Source: Thermoanaerobaculia bacterium (GTDB taxonomy: Bacteria; Acidobacteriota; Thermoanaerobaculia; UBA5066). Taken from it: DNA of 64,000 bases. Location of the stretch: the NCBI GenBank assembly GCA_963719225.1, contig CAVRAY010000001.1:3008001-3072000 (forward strand), written 5' to 3'. The translations under genes were made by a program, and so were the position numbers. The notes beneath the pieces are model-generated. The model saw only the letters and a list, made by a program, of their open reading frames with translations, was not told where the DNA came from and made no database searches. Shown in pieces: positions 56,648-64,000 of this stretch; within the stretch, counting starts at the first letter, position 1; each line of letters begins with the position of its first letter.

Positions 56648-57894
56648 TGTTCTCCGGGGCCTTCCGCGAGCGCCTCTTCGGCGCCTGGGTCGAAATCCGC
56701 GAGAACCTCGGCCGTTCGACGCTCCAGACGCTCGGCGTCGTCCTCGGCGTCGCGTCGGTCCTCGGCGGGTTCTCGATCTCGGACAGCCAGCGGAAGCGCT
56801 CCGACGAGCGCTGGGTGAAGCTGGGCGGGATGGACCGCCTGAACGTTCAGCCGTCCCAGGCGGTCAAGGACGGCCAGCCGAGCGCGCTCCAGACCGCCAA
56901 CCTCGGCCTCCGCAACGAGGACGCCGTCGAGGGCGACGCTCTGGACTCGAAGGCCACGACGGGGGTCGCGCAGCAGAAGAACGCCCGCGCCCGCGTCCGC
57001 TCGCAGTACGCCGACCAGGATCGCCAGATCACCGGGATCGGCGGCGACTACCTCGCCCTGAACGGGTACACGGTCGACAAAGGCCGCGGATTCACCGCGG
57101 ACGACCACGAGAAGGGTCAGGCCGTCGCGATCCTCGGCGCGGAGGCCGCGTCCACGTTCTTCCCGACGGGCGAGGCCGTCGGTCAGACGATCCGCGTCGG
57201 TGACATCCCCGTCGTCGTCGTCGGGACCTTCGCCGAGAAGGTCTTCCGCTGGCGCAACAACCAAGGCAACCAGTTCGCGTGGAGGAACCGGATTGTCGCC
57301 GTGCCCTCCACGCTGGTTTCCACGCGCATGAACGGGGATCGCTGGCAGCGGGTGGACCGCGTCGTCTTCCGGATGCGCGACCTCAACGTCGGCGAGAAGC
57401 TCACGGAGAGTCTCACGGGCCTCCTCCTCGGAAACCACCGCCAGCAGGAGGACTTCCGGATCGACGACATCGCGGCGCGCATCCGCAAGCGCCGGAGCCA
57501 GGGCGACGTCTACAACGTCATCTTCATGCTGTCTGGAATCCTGTCGCTCATCGGCGGCGGGATGGTCAACGTCAACATCCAGATGGCGACGCTCAAGGAG
57601 CGCGTGCGCGAGGTCGGCGTCAAGATGGCGATCGGCGCCTCGGGCCGCGAGATTTTCAAGGGCTTCATGATCGAGGCGCTCGTCCTGACGGTCTTCGGCG
57701 CCTTCGCGGGCCTCCTCGGCGGCATCGCCTTCTCCAAGACGATCACGTCCTTCCTCAATATCCCGCTCTACATGCAGCCCGCGAGCTTCCTCTGGGCCTT
57801 CGCGCTCGCGGCAGGCTTCGGCTTCCTCTTCGCGCTCTACCCCGCGTGGAAGGCGAGCCGCCTCTCCCCGATGGAGGCGCTGCGGTATGAATGA
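56647..57894 (+). CDS. MacB/FtsX-type ABC permease
   Basis: RS.LQTLG, ERVREVG.KMAIGA, YPAWKASRLSPMEALRYE. Confidence 0.92.
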   Translation: MFSGAFRERLFGAWVEIRENLGRSTLQTLGVVLGVASVLGGFSISDSQRKRSDERWVKLGGMDRLNVQPSQAVKDGQPSALQTANLGLRNEDAVEGDALDSKATTGVAQQKNARARVRSQYADQDRQITGIGGDYLALNGYTVDKGRGFTADDHEKGQAVAILGAEAASTFFPTGEAVGQTIRVGDIPVVVVGTFAEKVFRWRNNQGNQFAWRNRIVAVPSTLVSTRMNGDRWQRVDRVVFRMRDLNVGEKLTESLTGLLLGNHRQQEDFRIDDIAARIRKRRSQGDVYNVIFMLSGILSLIGGGMVNVNIQMATLKERVREVGVKMAIGASGREIFKGFMIEALVLTVFGAFAGLLGGIAFSKTITSFLNIPLYMQPASFLWAFALAAGFGFLFALYPAWKASRLSPMEALRYE

Positions 57895-57999
57895 AGAGAA
57901 GAAGATTTTCTTAGAAGGTGAATGCGGGCCGTGGCTCGTGCGCGCGGAGACCACCCGATGAACGGCGCCTTCGACACCATCGAAGAAATCCCTCTCTCC
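57894..57999. repeat. Dispersed element, inverted pair at the permease-permease junction
   Basis: AAGAGAAGAAGATTTTCTTAGAAGGTGAA (core 57908) and CACCATCGAAGAAATCCCTCTCTCC (core 57979). Confidence 0.75.
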
Positions 58000-59277
58000 G
58001 TCCCCTCTGCCCCTGCCGAGCCGATGGCGCCGAAACGGCTCCCCTGGGGCGCCCGGCTCGGCATCGTCTGGGAGGTCGTCGTCGGAGGATTCGTCGAGCT
58101 CTGGGCCCACAAGCTGCGCTCGCTCCTCACGCTCACGCTCCTCATGCTCGGCGTCTTCGCCCTCGTCGTCATGACGTCCGTGCTGGACGGCGTCATGGAC
58201 AAGGTCGCGATCGGGTTCTCGGGGATGAGCTGGGACGGCACCGTTGTCATTCAGCCCAAGCCGCCCGAGACGACCGAGGAGCAAAAGCGCTTCGCGATGA
58301 GTCCCGGTCTGCGCTACGAAGATCTCGTTCGCGTCACGGCGCCGCACGAGCGCGTCGTCGCGTTCCTTCCTCGCGCGACGAAGTCGACCCGGGTCCGCAC
58401 GGCCGGGGGCCCCGAGCGCATCTGGGTCACGGGACTCACGCCCGACTACGCCCTCCTCATGAACCGGCCGATCGCGTCGGGCCGGGGCCTCACGGACGAC
58501 GACCGCAAGAGACGCAGCACGGTCGCGGTCGTCGGCTCGACGCTCGGCGTGAAGCTCTTCGGTGGCGCCGATCCCGTCGGGCGCGACGTCCTCGTGGACG
58601 GGATCCCGTTCCGGATCGTCGGGCTGCAGGCGCCGCTCCAAATCTTCAACGAAGAGCTCTGGCTCGACTCGAACGGGCTCATGATCCCCCTCGAGACGTA
58701 CATGGACCGCATGGACGCGGACCACAAGCTCACGAGCGTCGCCGTGAAGCTCCGCAAGCGCTCGGACCTCGACGAGGTCTCGGCGCTCGTCCTCGGCCGC
58801 GCGAAACAGGCGCACCACGGGATTCAGGACGTCGAGATCAAGGACCTCGAGTCGGAGGCCGCGCGCTCGTGGTCGGGGTTCCTCGACCAGATGTTCGGCT
58901 GGCGCGTCGTCCTCTCGAGCCTCGCGGCGACCGTCCTTCTCGTGGGCGGCGTGGGCGTCCTCTCCGTGATGCTCATCTCGTTCTCGGACCGCCGGTACGA
59001 GATCGGCCTGCGCAAGTCGCTCGGTGCCTCGGATCACGAAATCTTCGTTCAGTTCCTCCTCGAGGCGTGCGTCCTCGCGGCCCTCGGCGCGCTTGCCGGG
59101 ACCGTCAGCGGCGCGGTCCTCTGCCAGGCGCTCTCTTCGAAATTCCCGTACGGCCTCGTCGTCAACCCGATGGGCCTCGCCCTGGCATGGGCCGTGGCGC
59201 TCGGTCTCGCGCTCGTCTTCGGCCTCTATCCCGCCATCCGCGCCTCGCGCCTTTCGCCGATGGAGGCGATGCGGTAG
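57958..59277 (+). CDS. MacB/FtsX-type ABC permease (second)
   Basis: HKLRSLLT, DRRYEIGLRKSLGA, YPAIRASRLSPMEAMR. Confidence 0.92.
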   Translation: MNGAFDTIEEIPLSVPSAPAEPMAPKRLPWGARLGIVWEVVVGGFVELWAHKLRSLLTLTLLMLGVFALVVMTSVLDGVMDKVAIGFSGMSWDGTVVIQPKPPETTEEQKRFAMSPGLRYEDLVRVTAPHERVVAFLPRATKSTRVRTAGGPERIWVTGLTPDYALLMNRPIASGRGLTDDDRKRRSTVAVVGSTLGVKLFGGADPVGRDVLVDGIPFRIVGLQAPLQIFNEELWLDSNGLMIPLETYMDRMDADHKLTSVAVKLRKRSDLDEVSALVLGRAKQAHHGIQDVEIKDLESEAARSWSGFLDQMFGWRVVLSSLAATVLLVGGVGVLSVMLISFSDRRYEIGLRKSLGASDHEIFVQFLLEACVLAALGALAGTVSGAVLCQALSSKFPYGLVVNPMGLALAWAVALGLALVFGLYPAIRASRLSPMEAMR

Positions 59278-59293
59278 GTCCTAAGATCCGCGA

Positions 59294-60262
59294 ATGGCGG
59301 CGCGCCGGAGAAGCAACGTCCATCCGCTGAACGGGCGTTCTCTGCGAGCCGCCGCGGCGCGGCTCAAGCGCGGGGAGCTCGTCGCGTTCCCGACGGAGAC
59401 CGTCTACGGCCTTGGAGCGAACGCGCTGGACGAGCAGGCGGTCGCGAAGATCTTCGCCAAGAAGGGACGGCCGCGCGACAACCCGATGATCGTGCATGTC
59501 AGCGACAGAAAGATGCTTAGAAAGGTAATTCGGCGACTGCCGCCGCTCGCCGTGCGACTGGCGGCTCGCTTTTGGCCGGGGCCTCTCACCCTCGTCCTTT
59601 CCAAGAAATCTTCAATCTCTTCTCTTGTGACCGCCGGACGGGACACGGTCGCCGTCCGGATGCCGCAAGGCGTCGCGCGCGACCTCGTCCGCCTCGCGGG
59701 CGTCCCGATCGCCGCGCCCAGCGCGAACCTGTCCGGCCGCCCGAGCCCCACGACGGCACGGCACGTCGCCGAGGACTTTCCGGACATCTATGTCCTCGAC
59801 GGCGGACCGACGGAGCACGGCCTCGAATCGACGGTCCTCGCGCTCGAGCCGCGACCTGCCGTGTTGAGGCAAGGCGCGCTGAGTGAAGAATTTCTTAGAA
59901 AGATGATCCCTGGGCTTCGCCGCAGCCACGCCGGCAACCATGGCGCGAGCCCCGGCACGAAGTACACACATTACGCGCCGTCGCGTCCCCTCATTCTCTT
60001 TCTAAGAAAATCTTCTCTTCTCTCTTACTCTCGAAGGCATCCCAACGCGCTCGTCCTCGGCCCTGCGCTTCTCTCTCCTCTCTTTCCGAAGCAAAGATTT
60101 CTTTCCCTCGGCTCTTCATCCGAAGAGATTGCGCGCGGGCTTTTCGCCGCGCTGCGCACGCGCCGCAAGGGGACGGAGCTCCTTGCGCTCGCCATCCCCC
60201 GCCGCGGCGTCGGCCGCGCGGTCATGGACCGTTTGACACGCGCCGCGACGCGCGTGGTGTGA
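59294..60262 (+). CDS. tsaC: L-threonylcarbamoyladenylate synthase (Sua5)
   Basis: PTETVYGL, KGRP.DNP.IVH, FWPGPLT, APSAN.SG, SPG.KY.HYAP. Confidence 0.94.
   Translation: MAARRRSNVHPLNGRSLRAAAARLKRGELVAFPTETVYGLGANALDEQAVAKIFAKKGRPRDNPMIVHVSDRKMLRKVIRRLPPLAVRLAARFWPGPLTLVLSKKSSISSLVTAGRDTVAVRMPQGVARDLVRLAGVPIAAPSANLSGRPSPTTARHVAEDFPDIYVLDGGPTEHGLESTVLALEPRPAVLRQGALSEEFLRKMIPGLRRSHAGNHGASPGTKYTHYAPSRPLILFLRKSSLLSYSRRHPNALVLGPALLSPLFPKQRFLSLGSSSEEIARGLFAALRTRRKGTELLALAIPRRGVGRAVMDRLTRAATRVV
59507..60030. repeat. Dispersed element, two consecutive inverted pairs inside tsaC
   Basis: Cores 59514/59599 and 59892/60000. Confidence 0.8.
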
Positions 60263-60265
60263 CGC

Positions 60266-61477
60266 GTGAATCCCTGGCGCGGCCTCGGAGGCCTCCCGCG
60301 TGCGGTCTGGGTGCTCTCGTTCGCCACGCTCGTGAACCGCTCCGGCACGATGTTCGTGCCGTTCCTCGTCCTCTACCTCACGCGCGCGCGCGGCTACACG
60401 CCGACGGCGGCCGGCGCGATCCTCTCGCTCTTCGGAGCGGGTGCACTTCTCGCGGCGCCGGTCGCCGGCCGGCTCGCGGACCGTTTCGGGCCGATGCGCA
60501 TCATGCCGGGCTCCCTCGCCGTCTCGGGCGCGCTCCTCCTCCTCTTTCCGCTCGCGAGCGGCCCGGTCACGATCGCCATCCTCACGATTCTCCTCGCGTT
60601 CGTCTCCGAGGCCTTTCGGCCCGCCAGCCTGAGCGTCATCGCGCACACGGTGGTCGCGGACCGCCGCAGGTCCGCGTTCGCGCTCCAGCGCCTCGCGACG
60701 AACCTCGGGATGAGCATCGGTCCCGCCGTGGGCGGCTTTCTCGCGGAGATCTCGTGGCCCGCGCTCTTCATCGCCGACGGCGTGACGTCTCTCGCGGCCG
60801 CAGGCGTCCTTCTCGCGTTGTTCCCGAAAGAAGCGGGGGCGCCGGCGGCCTCCACGCCGGAAACGTCCGACGAGCCGCGCCGCGCCGGCCTGAGGGATCC
60901 GGCGTTCGTCCTTTTTCTCGCGGCCCTCGTGCCGGTTGCGATCGTGTTCTTTCAGCACGAGTCGTCGATGGCCCTTTACCTCGTGCGCGATCTCGGCATC
61001 GCGGTCTGGGTCTTCGGGCTCCTCCACACCGTGAACACGCTGCTCATCGTGTTCCTGGAGGTGCCGCTGAACCTCGCGACCGCGCACTGGCCCCACCGGC
61101 GCACGCTCGTCCTCGGATCAGTCCTGGTCGCGGCGGGGTTCGGCGCCCTCGCGTTCGCGCGCACGCTGCCGGCCGTGGTCGCGACGGTCGTGATCTGGAC
61201 GTTCGGGGAGATGATGCTGCTTCCCGGCATGGCGTCCTACGTCGCCGACGTCTCACCCGCGAACAGACGCGGCGCCTACATGGGCCTCTACACGATGGCG
61301 TTCAGCCTCGCCTTCGTCATCGGCCAGCCGCTGGGGACGGCGCTCCTCGACAAGGCCGGCGGCCGCGCGCTGTGGTTCGTCATGCTCGCTCTCGGGCTCC
61401 TCTCGGCGTTCCTCTTCTCGCGCGTCCCGGAGCCGGAACGTCCCGCCGGGGAGGGCGTACGTCTCCCTACGCCCTGA
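60266..61477 (+). CDS. MFS transporter
   Basis: GRLADRFG motif A; about 12 TM segments. Confidence 0.92.
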   Translation: MNPWRGLGGLPRAVWVLSFATLVNRSGTMFVPFLVLYLTRARGYTPTAAGAILSLFGAGALLAAPVAGRLADRFGPMRIMPGSLAVSGALLLLFPLASGPVTIAILTILLAFVSEAFRPASLSVIAHTVVADRRRSAFALQRLATNLGMSIGPAVGGFLAEISWPALFIADGVTSLAAAGVLLALFPKEAGAPAASTPETSDEPRRAGLRDPAFVLFLAALVPVAIVFFQHESSMALYLVRDLGIAVWVFGLLHTVNTLLIVFLEVPLNLATAHWPHRRTLVLGSVLVAAGFGALAFARTLPAVVATVVIWTFGEMMLLPGMASYVADVSPANRRGAYMGLYTMAFSLAFVIGQPLGTALLDKAGGRALWFVMLALGLLSAFLFSRVPEPERPAGEGVRLPTP

Positions 61478-62936
61478 CGAAGTCGATGTAGCCACGCTCG
61501 ACGTCCGTCGAGACGAGCTTGACGCGCACCTTCTCGCCGACCTCGAGGCCTTCGAAGCCGCGCACGATCTTGCCTTCCACCGGCGGCCGGAAGATGCGCG
61601 CCCACGTGCCTTTCTCCGAGGCCCCGGTCACGACCCCGTCGAAGCGCTCGCCGATGCGCGTCTCGAGGAGCAGCGCGCCCGCGGACTTGCGCAGGAGGCG
61701 CTCGACCTTGTTCGCGGCGTCCTCCTGCTCGGTGCAATGGACGGCGAGGGCGTTCAGCTCCGGGACAGAATACGGCGACGGGCGGCGTGCGAGCGCGGCT
61801 TTCAGGAGACGCTGCGTGATGACGTCGGGGTACCGGCGATTCGGTGCGGTGGAGTGCGTGTAGTCGCGCACCGCGAGCCCGAAATGGCCGACCGGCTCCC
61901 TGCCGGGCAGCTCGACGACGTATTCGCCCGCGCCCATGAGCTTCACGATGACGAGGGAGAGGTCCGGGAAGCGCAGCGGATCCGCCTTCCGGCGCGCCAC
62001 GAGGAACTTCTCCAGGGCCTTCGAGTCCGGCTCCTCGGGCAGGGAGAAACCGTACTCCGCGGCGACGGAGACGATCCGCTGCCACCTCTCGGGCGAGCGC
62101 ACGATGCGGCGCAGCGCGGCGAAGCCGGCCTCCTGGAGATAGCGGGCCGTGACGCCGTTCGCCGCGATCATGAAGTCCTCGATGAGCTGCTTCGGCTCGT
62201 TTTGCTCGTCGACCGTCAGATCGCGGATCTCCTCGCCGTCGAATACGGCCCGCGCCTCGATCGTCTGGAGGTCGAGCGCGCCCTGGGCGTAACGGAGGCG
62301 CCGGAGGCGTTGCGAGACGTCTTCCTGCAGGGTGATCTGCGCGTCGATCCCGGGGACCTTCGCCATCGCCTCCGGCATCTCCGCGCGCCCGTCGCGCCAG
62401 GCGTCCACGGAGTTGTAGGCGAGCTTCGCCTTGTTGCGCACGAGGGCGCGCGAGACGTTCGAGTCGCCGAGCGTGCCGTCCGCGTTCACGACGTACTCGA
62501 CGACGACGGCGAGCCGGTCCTCGTCCTGGTTCAGCGAGGTGAGGTTTGTCGAGAGCTTCTCCGGCAGCATCGGAAAGATCCCGCCAGCCGTGTACACCGA
62601 GGTCGTGTTCCGGGCCGCGCGCGCGTCGAGCGGCGTCCCTTTCTTCACGATCGCGTCCACGTCCGCGACGGCGACGAACACTCTCGCCGCGCCGCCTTCC
62701 AGGACCTCGGCGACGGTCAGCTGGTCGAGGTCGCGGCTGTCGTCGTTGTCGATGGACGCCCAGAGCCGGTCGCGCAGGTCGCGAATGCCCGGCTCCTTCT
62801 CGCGGGCGGGCTCCTCGATGCGCTCGAGCTGTTGAACGGCGTCCTTCGGAAAATCCGGGTCGAGCCCCTTCTCGCGCATCGCGCGCCGCGCGATGTCGGC
62901 GAGGTCGGAGCGATGGTGCCGGCCTCTTCTCGTCAT
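61467..62936 (-). CDS. RNB-domain exoribonuclease (RNase II/R family)
   Basis: SIDNDDSRDLDQ, IEDFMIAAN, HFGL...Y.H.TAPNRRYPD, C-terminal S1. Confidence 0.92.
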   Translation of the reverse strand: MTRRGRHHRSDLADIARRAMREKGLDPDFPKDAVQQLERIEEPAREKEPGIRDLRDRLWASIDNDDSRDLDQLTVAEVLEGGAARVFVAVADVDAIVKKGTPLDARAARNTTSVYTAGGIFPMLPEKLSTNLTSLNQDEDRLAVVVEYVVNADGTLGDSNVSRALVRNKAKLAYNSVDAWRDGRAEMPEAMAKVPGIDAQITLQEDVSQRLRRLRYAQGALDLQTIEARAVFDGEEIRDLTVDEQNEPKQLIEDFMIAANGVTARYLQEAGFAALRRIVRSPERWQRIVSVAAEYGFSLPEEPDSKALEKFLVARRKADPLRFPDLSLVIVKLMGAGEYVVELPGREPVGHFGLAVRDYTHSTAPNRRYPDVITQRLLKAALARRPSPYSVPELNALAVHCTEQEDAANKVERLLRKSAGALLLETRIGERFDGVVTGASEKGTWARIFRPPVEGKIVRGFEGLEVGEKVRVKLVSTDVERGYIDFVRA

Positions 62937-62949
62937 GCGGTGAATCTTG

Positions 62950-63876
62950 TCATGGGCGGACGAGGCTGACGGCCGCCGCGACGGCCTTCCTCCCCGCCGG
63001 CGACTTCGGATCGATGATCTCGAAATGCCCGCCTGGGACGCGCACGAGCCGCGCGTCGTCACCTCCGGCTTTCGCGCGGCCCACATAGGCGTAGCTGAGG
63101 TCGAACGGCACGATGTCGTCGCGCTCCCCGTGGACGAGGATCTGCGGGACGCCGAGCGGAAGGAGCTCGGCCGGCGAAGAGGAGAGATAGCGACCGGCCA
63201 TGTCGCCCGGCGAGCCGCCCATGAGCGCGCCCACCGCTCCGCTCCCCACGCCGTCGCGGTAGGCGCGCGCGAGATCCGGGACGCCCGCGAGGGAGACGGC
63301 GCCTCCCACGCGAAGCGGATCAACCTCGAAGAGCGGATCCGTCTTCCAGATTCGCGGGCGCGCGGCGAGCCAGAGTGCGAGGTGGCCGCCCGCCGAATGT
63401 CCGATCGTGACGACGCGCCCGAGATCGAGCGGATGCGTCTTCGAGAGCGCACGCAGGTGATTCGTCGCCCGGGACGCGTCGCGGAACGTGCCCGGCCAGC
63501 CGCCGCCGTCTTCGCCGACGCGCCGGTACTCGATGTTCCACGTGGCGACCCCGGCCGCCGTGATCGCCGACGAGAGCCTGTCCATGAGATCGAGGCCGTA
63601 AGCGGCCTTCCAGAAGCCGCCGTGCACCACGACCGCGACGGGATGCGGCCCCGCGCCGCGGGGAAGGCGCAGCTCCCCGAACTGCGACTTTCCGGTTCCG
63701 TAGGAGATTCTGATTAGGGAAGAAGAAGAGGAAGAGGAAGAGGAGAAAAGAGAGGAAGAGAAGATTTCTTTGAAGGGAAGAGGGGCTCGGGCAAGCGCCC
63801 GGTTCGCGAGCGCCGCCGAAGCCGCGGCTCCGGCGCTCATGATCATTCTAAGAAAAACCCTCTTCGAACAATCCAT
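62950..63876 (-). CDS. Alpha/beta hydrolase with Tat-like signal and poly-Ser linker
   Basis: HGGFW, NIEYRR, GHSAGG, HGERDDIVP, GHF; N-terminus MDCSKRVFLR; start inferred. Confidence 0.85.
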   Translation of the reverse strand: MDCSKRVFLRMIMSAGAAASAALANRALARAPLPFKEIFSSSLFSSSSSSSSSLIRISYGTGKSQFGELRLPRGAGPHPVAVVVHGGFWKAAYGLDLMDRLSSAITAAGVATWNIEYRRVGEDGGGWPGTFRDASRATNHLRALSKTHPLDLGRVVTIGHSAGGHLALWLAARPRIWKTDPLFEVDPLRVGGAVSLAGVPDLARAYRDGVGSGAVGALMGGSPGDMAGRYLSSSPAELLPLGVPQILVHGERDDIVPFDLSYAYVGRAKAGGDDARLVRVPGGHFEIIDPKSPAGRKAVAAAVSLVRP

Positions 63877-63958
63877 TACGTCGACAGCAGTGCTGCTACG
63901 AACCGAGCTTCCTCCAGCCCTATTCACCTTCTAAGAAATACTCTCTTCGAACGATCCA
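63718..63958. repeat. Dispersed element cluster with long purine tract and 30-bp direct repeat
   Basis: Cores 63766 (forward), 63846 and 63929 (reverse); 63846-63875 and 63929-63958 are 27/30 identical. Confidence 0.85.
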
Positions 63959-64000
63959 CTGAGCGAGAAGCTTACTTCCGCAGCGCCGCCTGCGCCGCCG

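Noticed and set aside
27034-57916. TTA codons in the motif as bldA-like translational control
   Set aside because: The motif is read in several frames and on both strands, so TTA is in frame in only some copies
63846-63958. 30-bp direct repeat as a CRISPR array
   Set aside because: Only two imperfect copies, 53-bp gap, one overlaps a CDS start, no cas genes in the window
1333-63958. Inverted pairs as MITE/IS terminal repeats
   Set aside because: Interiors are unrelated and include conserved catalytic coding sequence (tsaC, proA); no target-site duplications or transposase seen

Overview
High-GC (roughly 70% by eye) bacterial chromosomal segment, densely coding, with about 58 CDS. Gene content (Bat operon, GT-C-type membrane proteins, MacB-like permeases, pyrR-pyrB-pyrC) is compatible with Acidobacteriota; this is inference only. 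Most genes are housekeeping: batA-D, a GGDEF cyclase, lat, mtgA, glgA, suhB, ndh, pyrRBC, queA, glnA, alkA/ogt, pcnB, typA, ECF sigma/anti-sigma, flotillin/NfeD, mutL, pepP, yefM-yoeB, proBA, a MacAB-like exporter, tsaC/sua5 and an RNase II-family gene. I saw no rRNA, tRNA, CRISPR array, integrase or transposase. The most unusual signal is a dispersed AT-rich element, approximately GAGAAGAAGATTTTCTTAGAAGG, with the palindromic core TTCT(A/T)AGAA. I count 14 exact cores and roughly 30 copies including variants. They lie almost all inside genes, are read in several frames, and usually form inward-facing inverted pairs about 70-120 bp apart around unrelated DNA. Other observations: three related secreted orphan genes, probable CTG starts, widespread leaderless-type promoters, and a secreted CpcT/CpeT-like protein.
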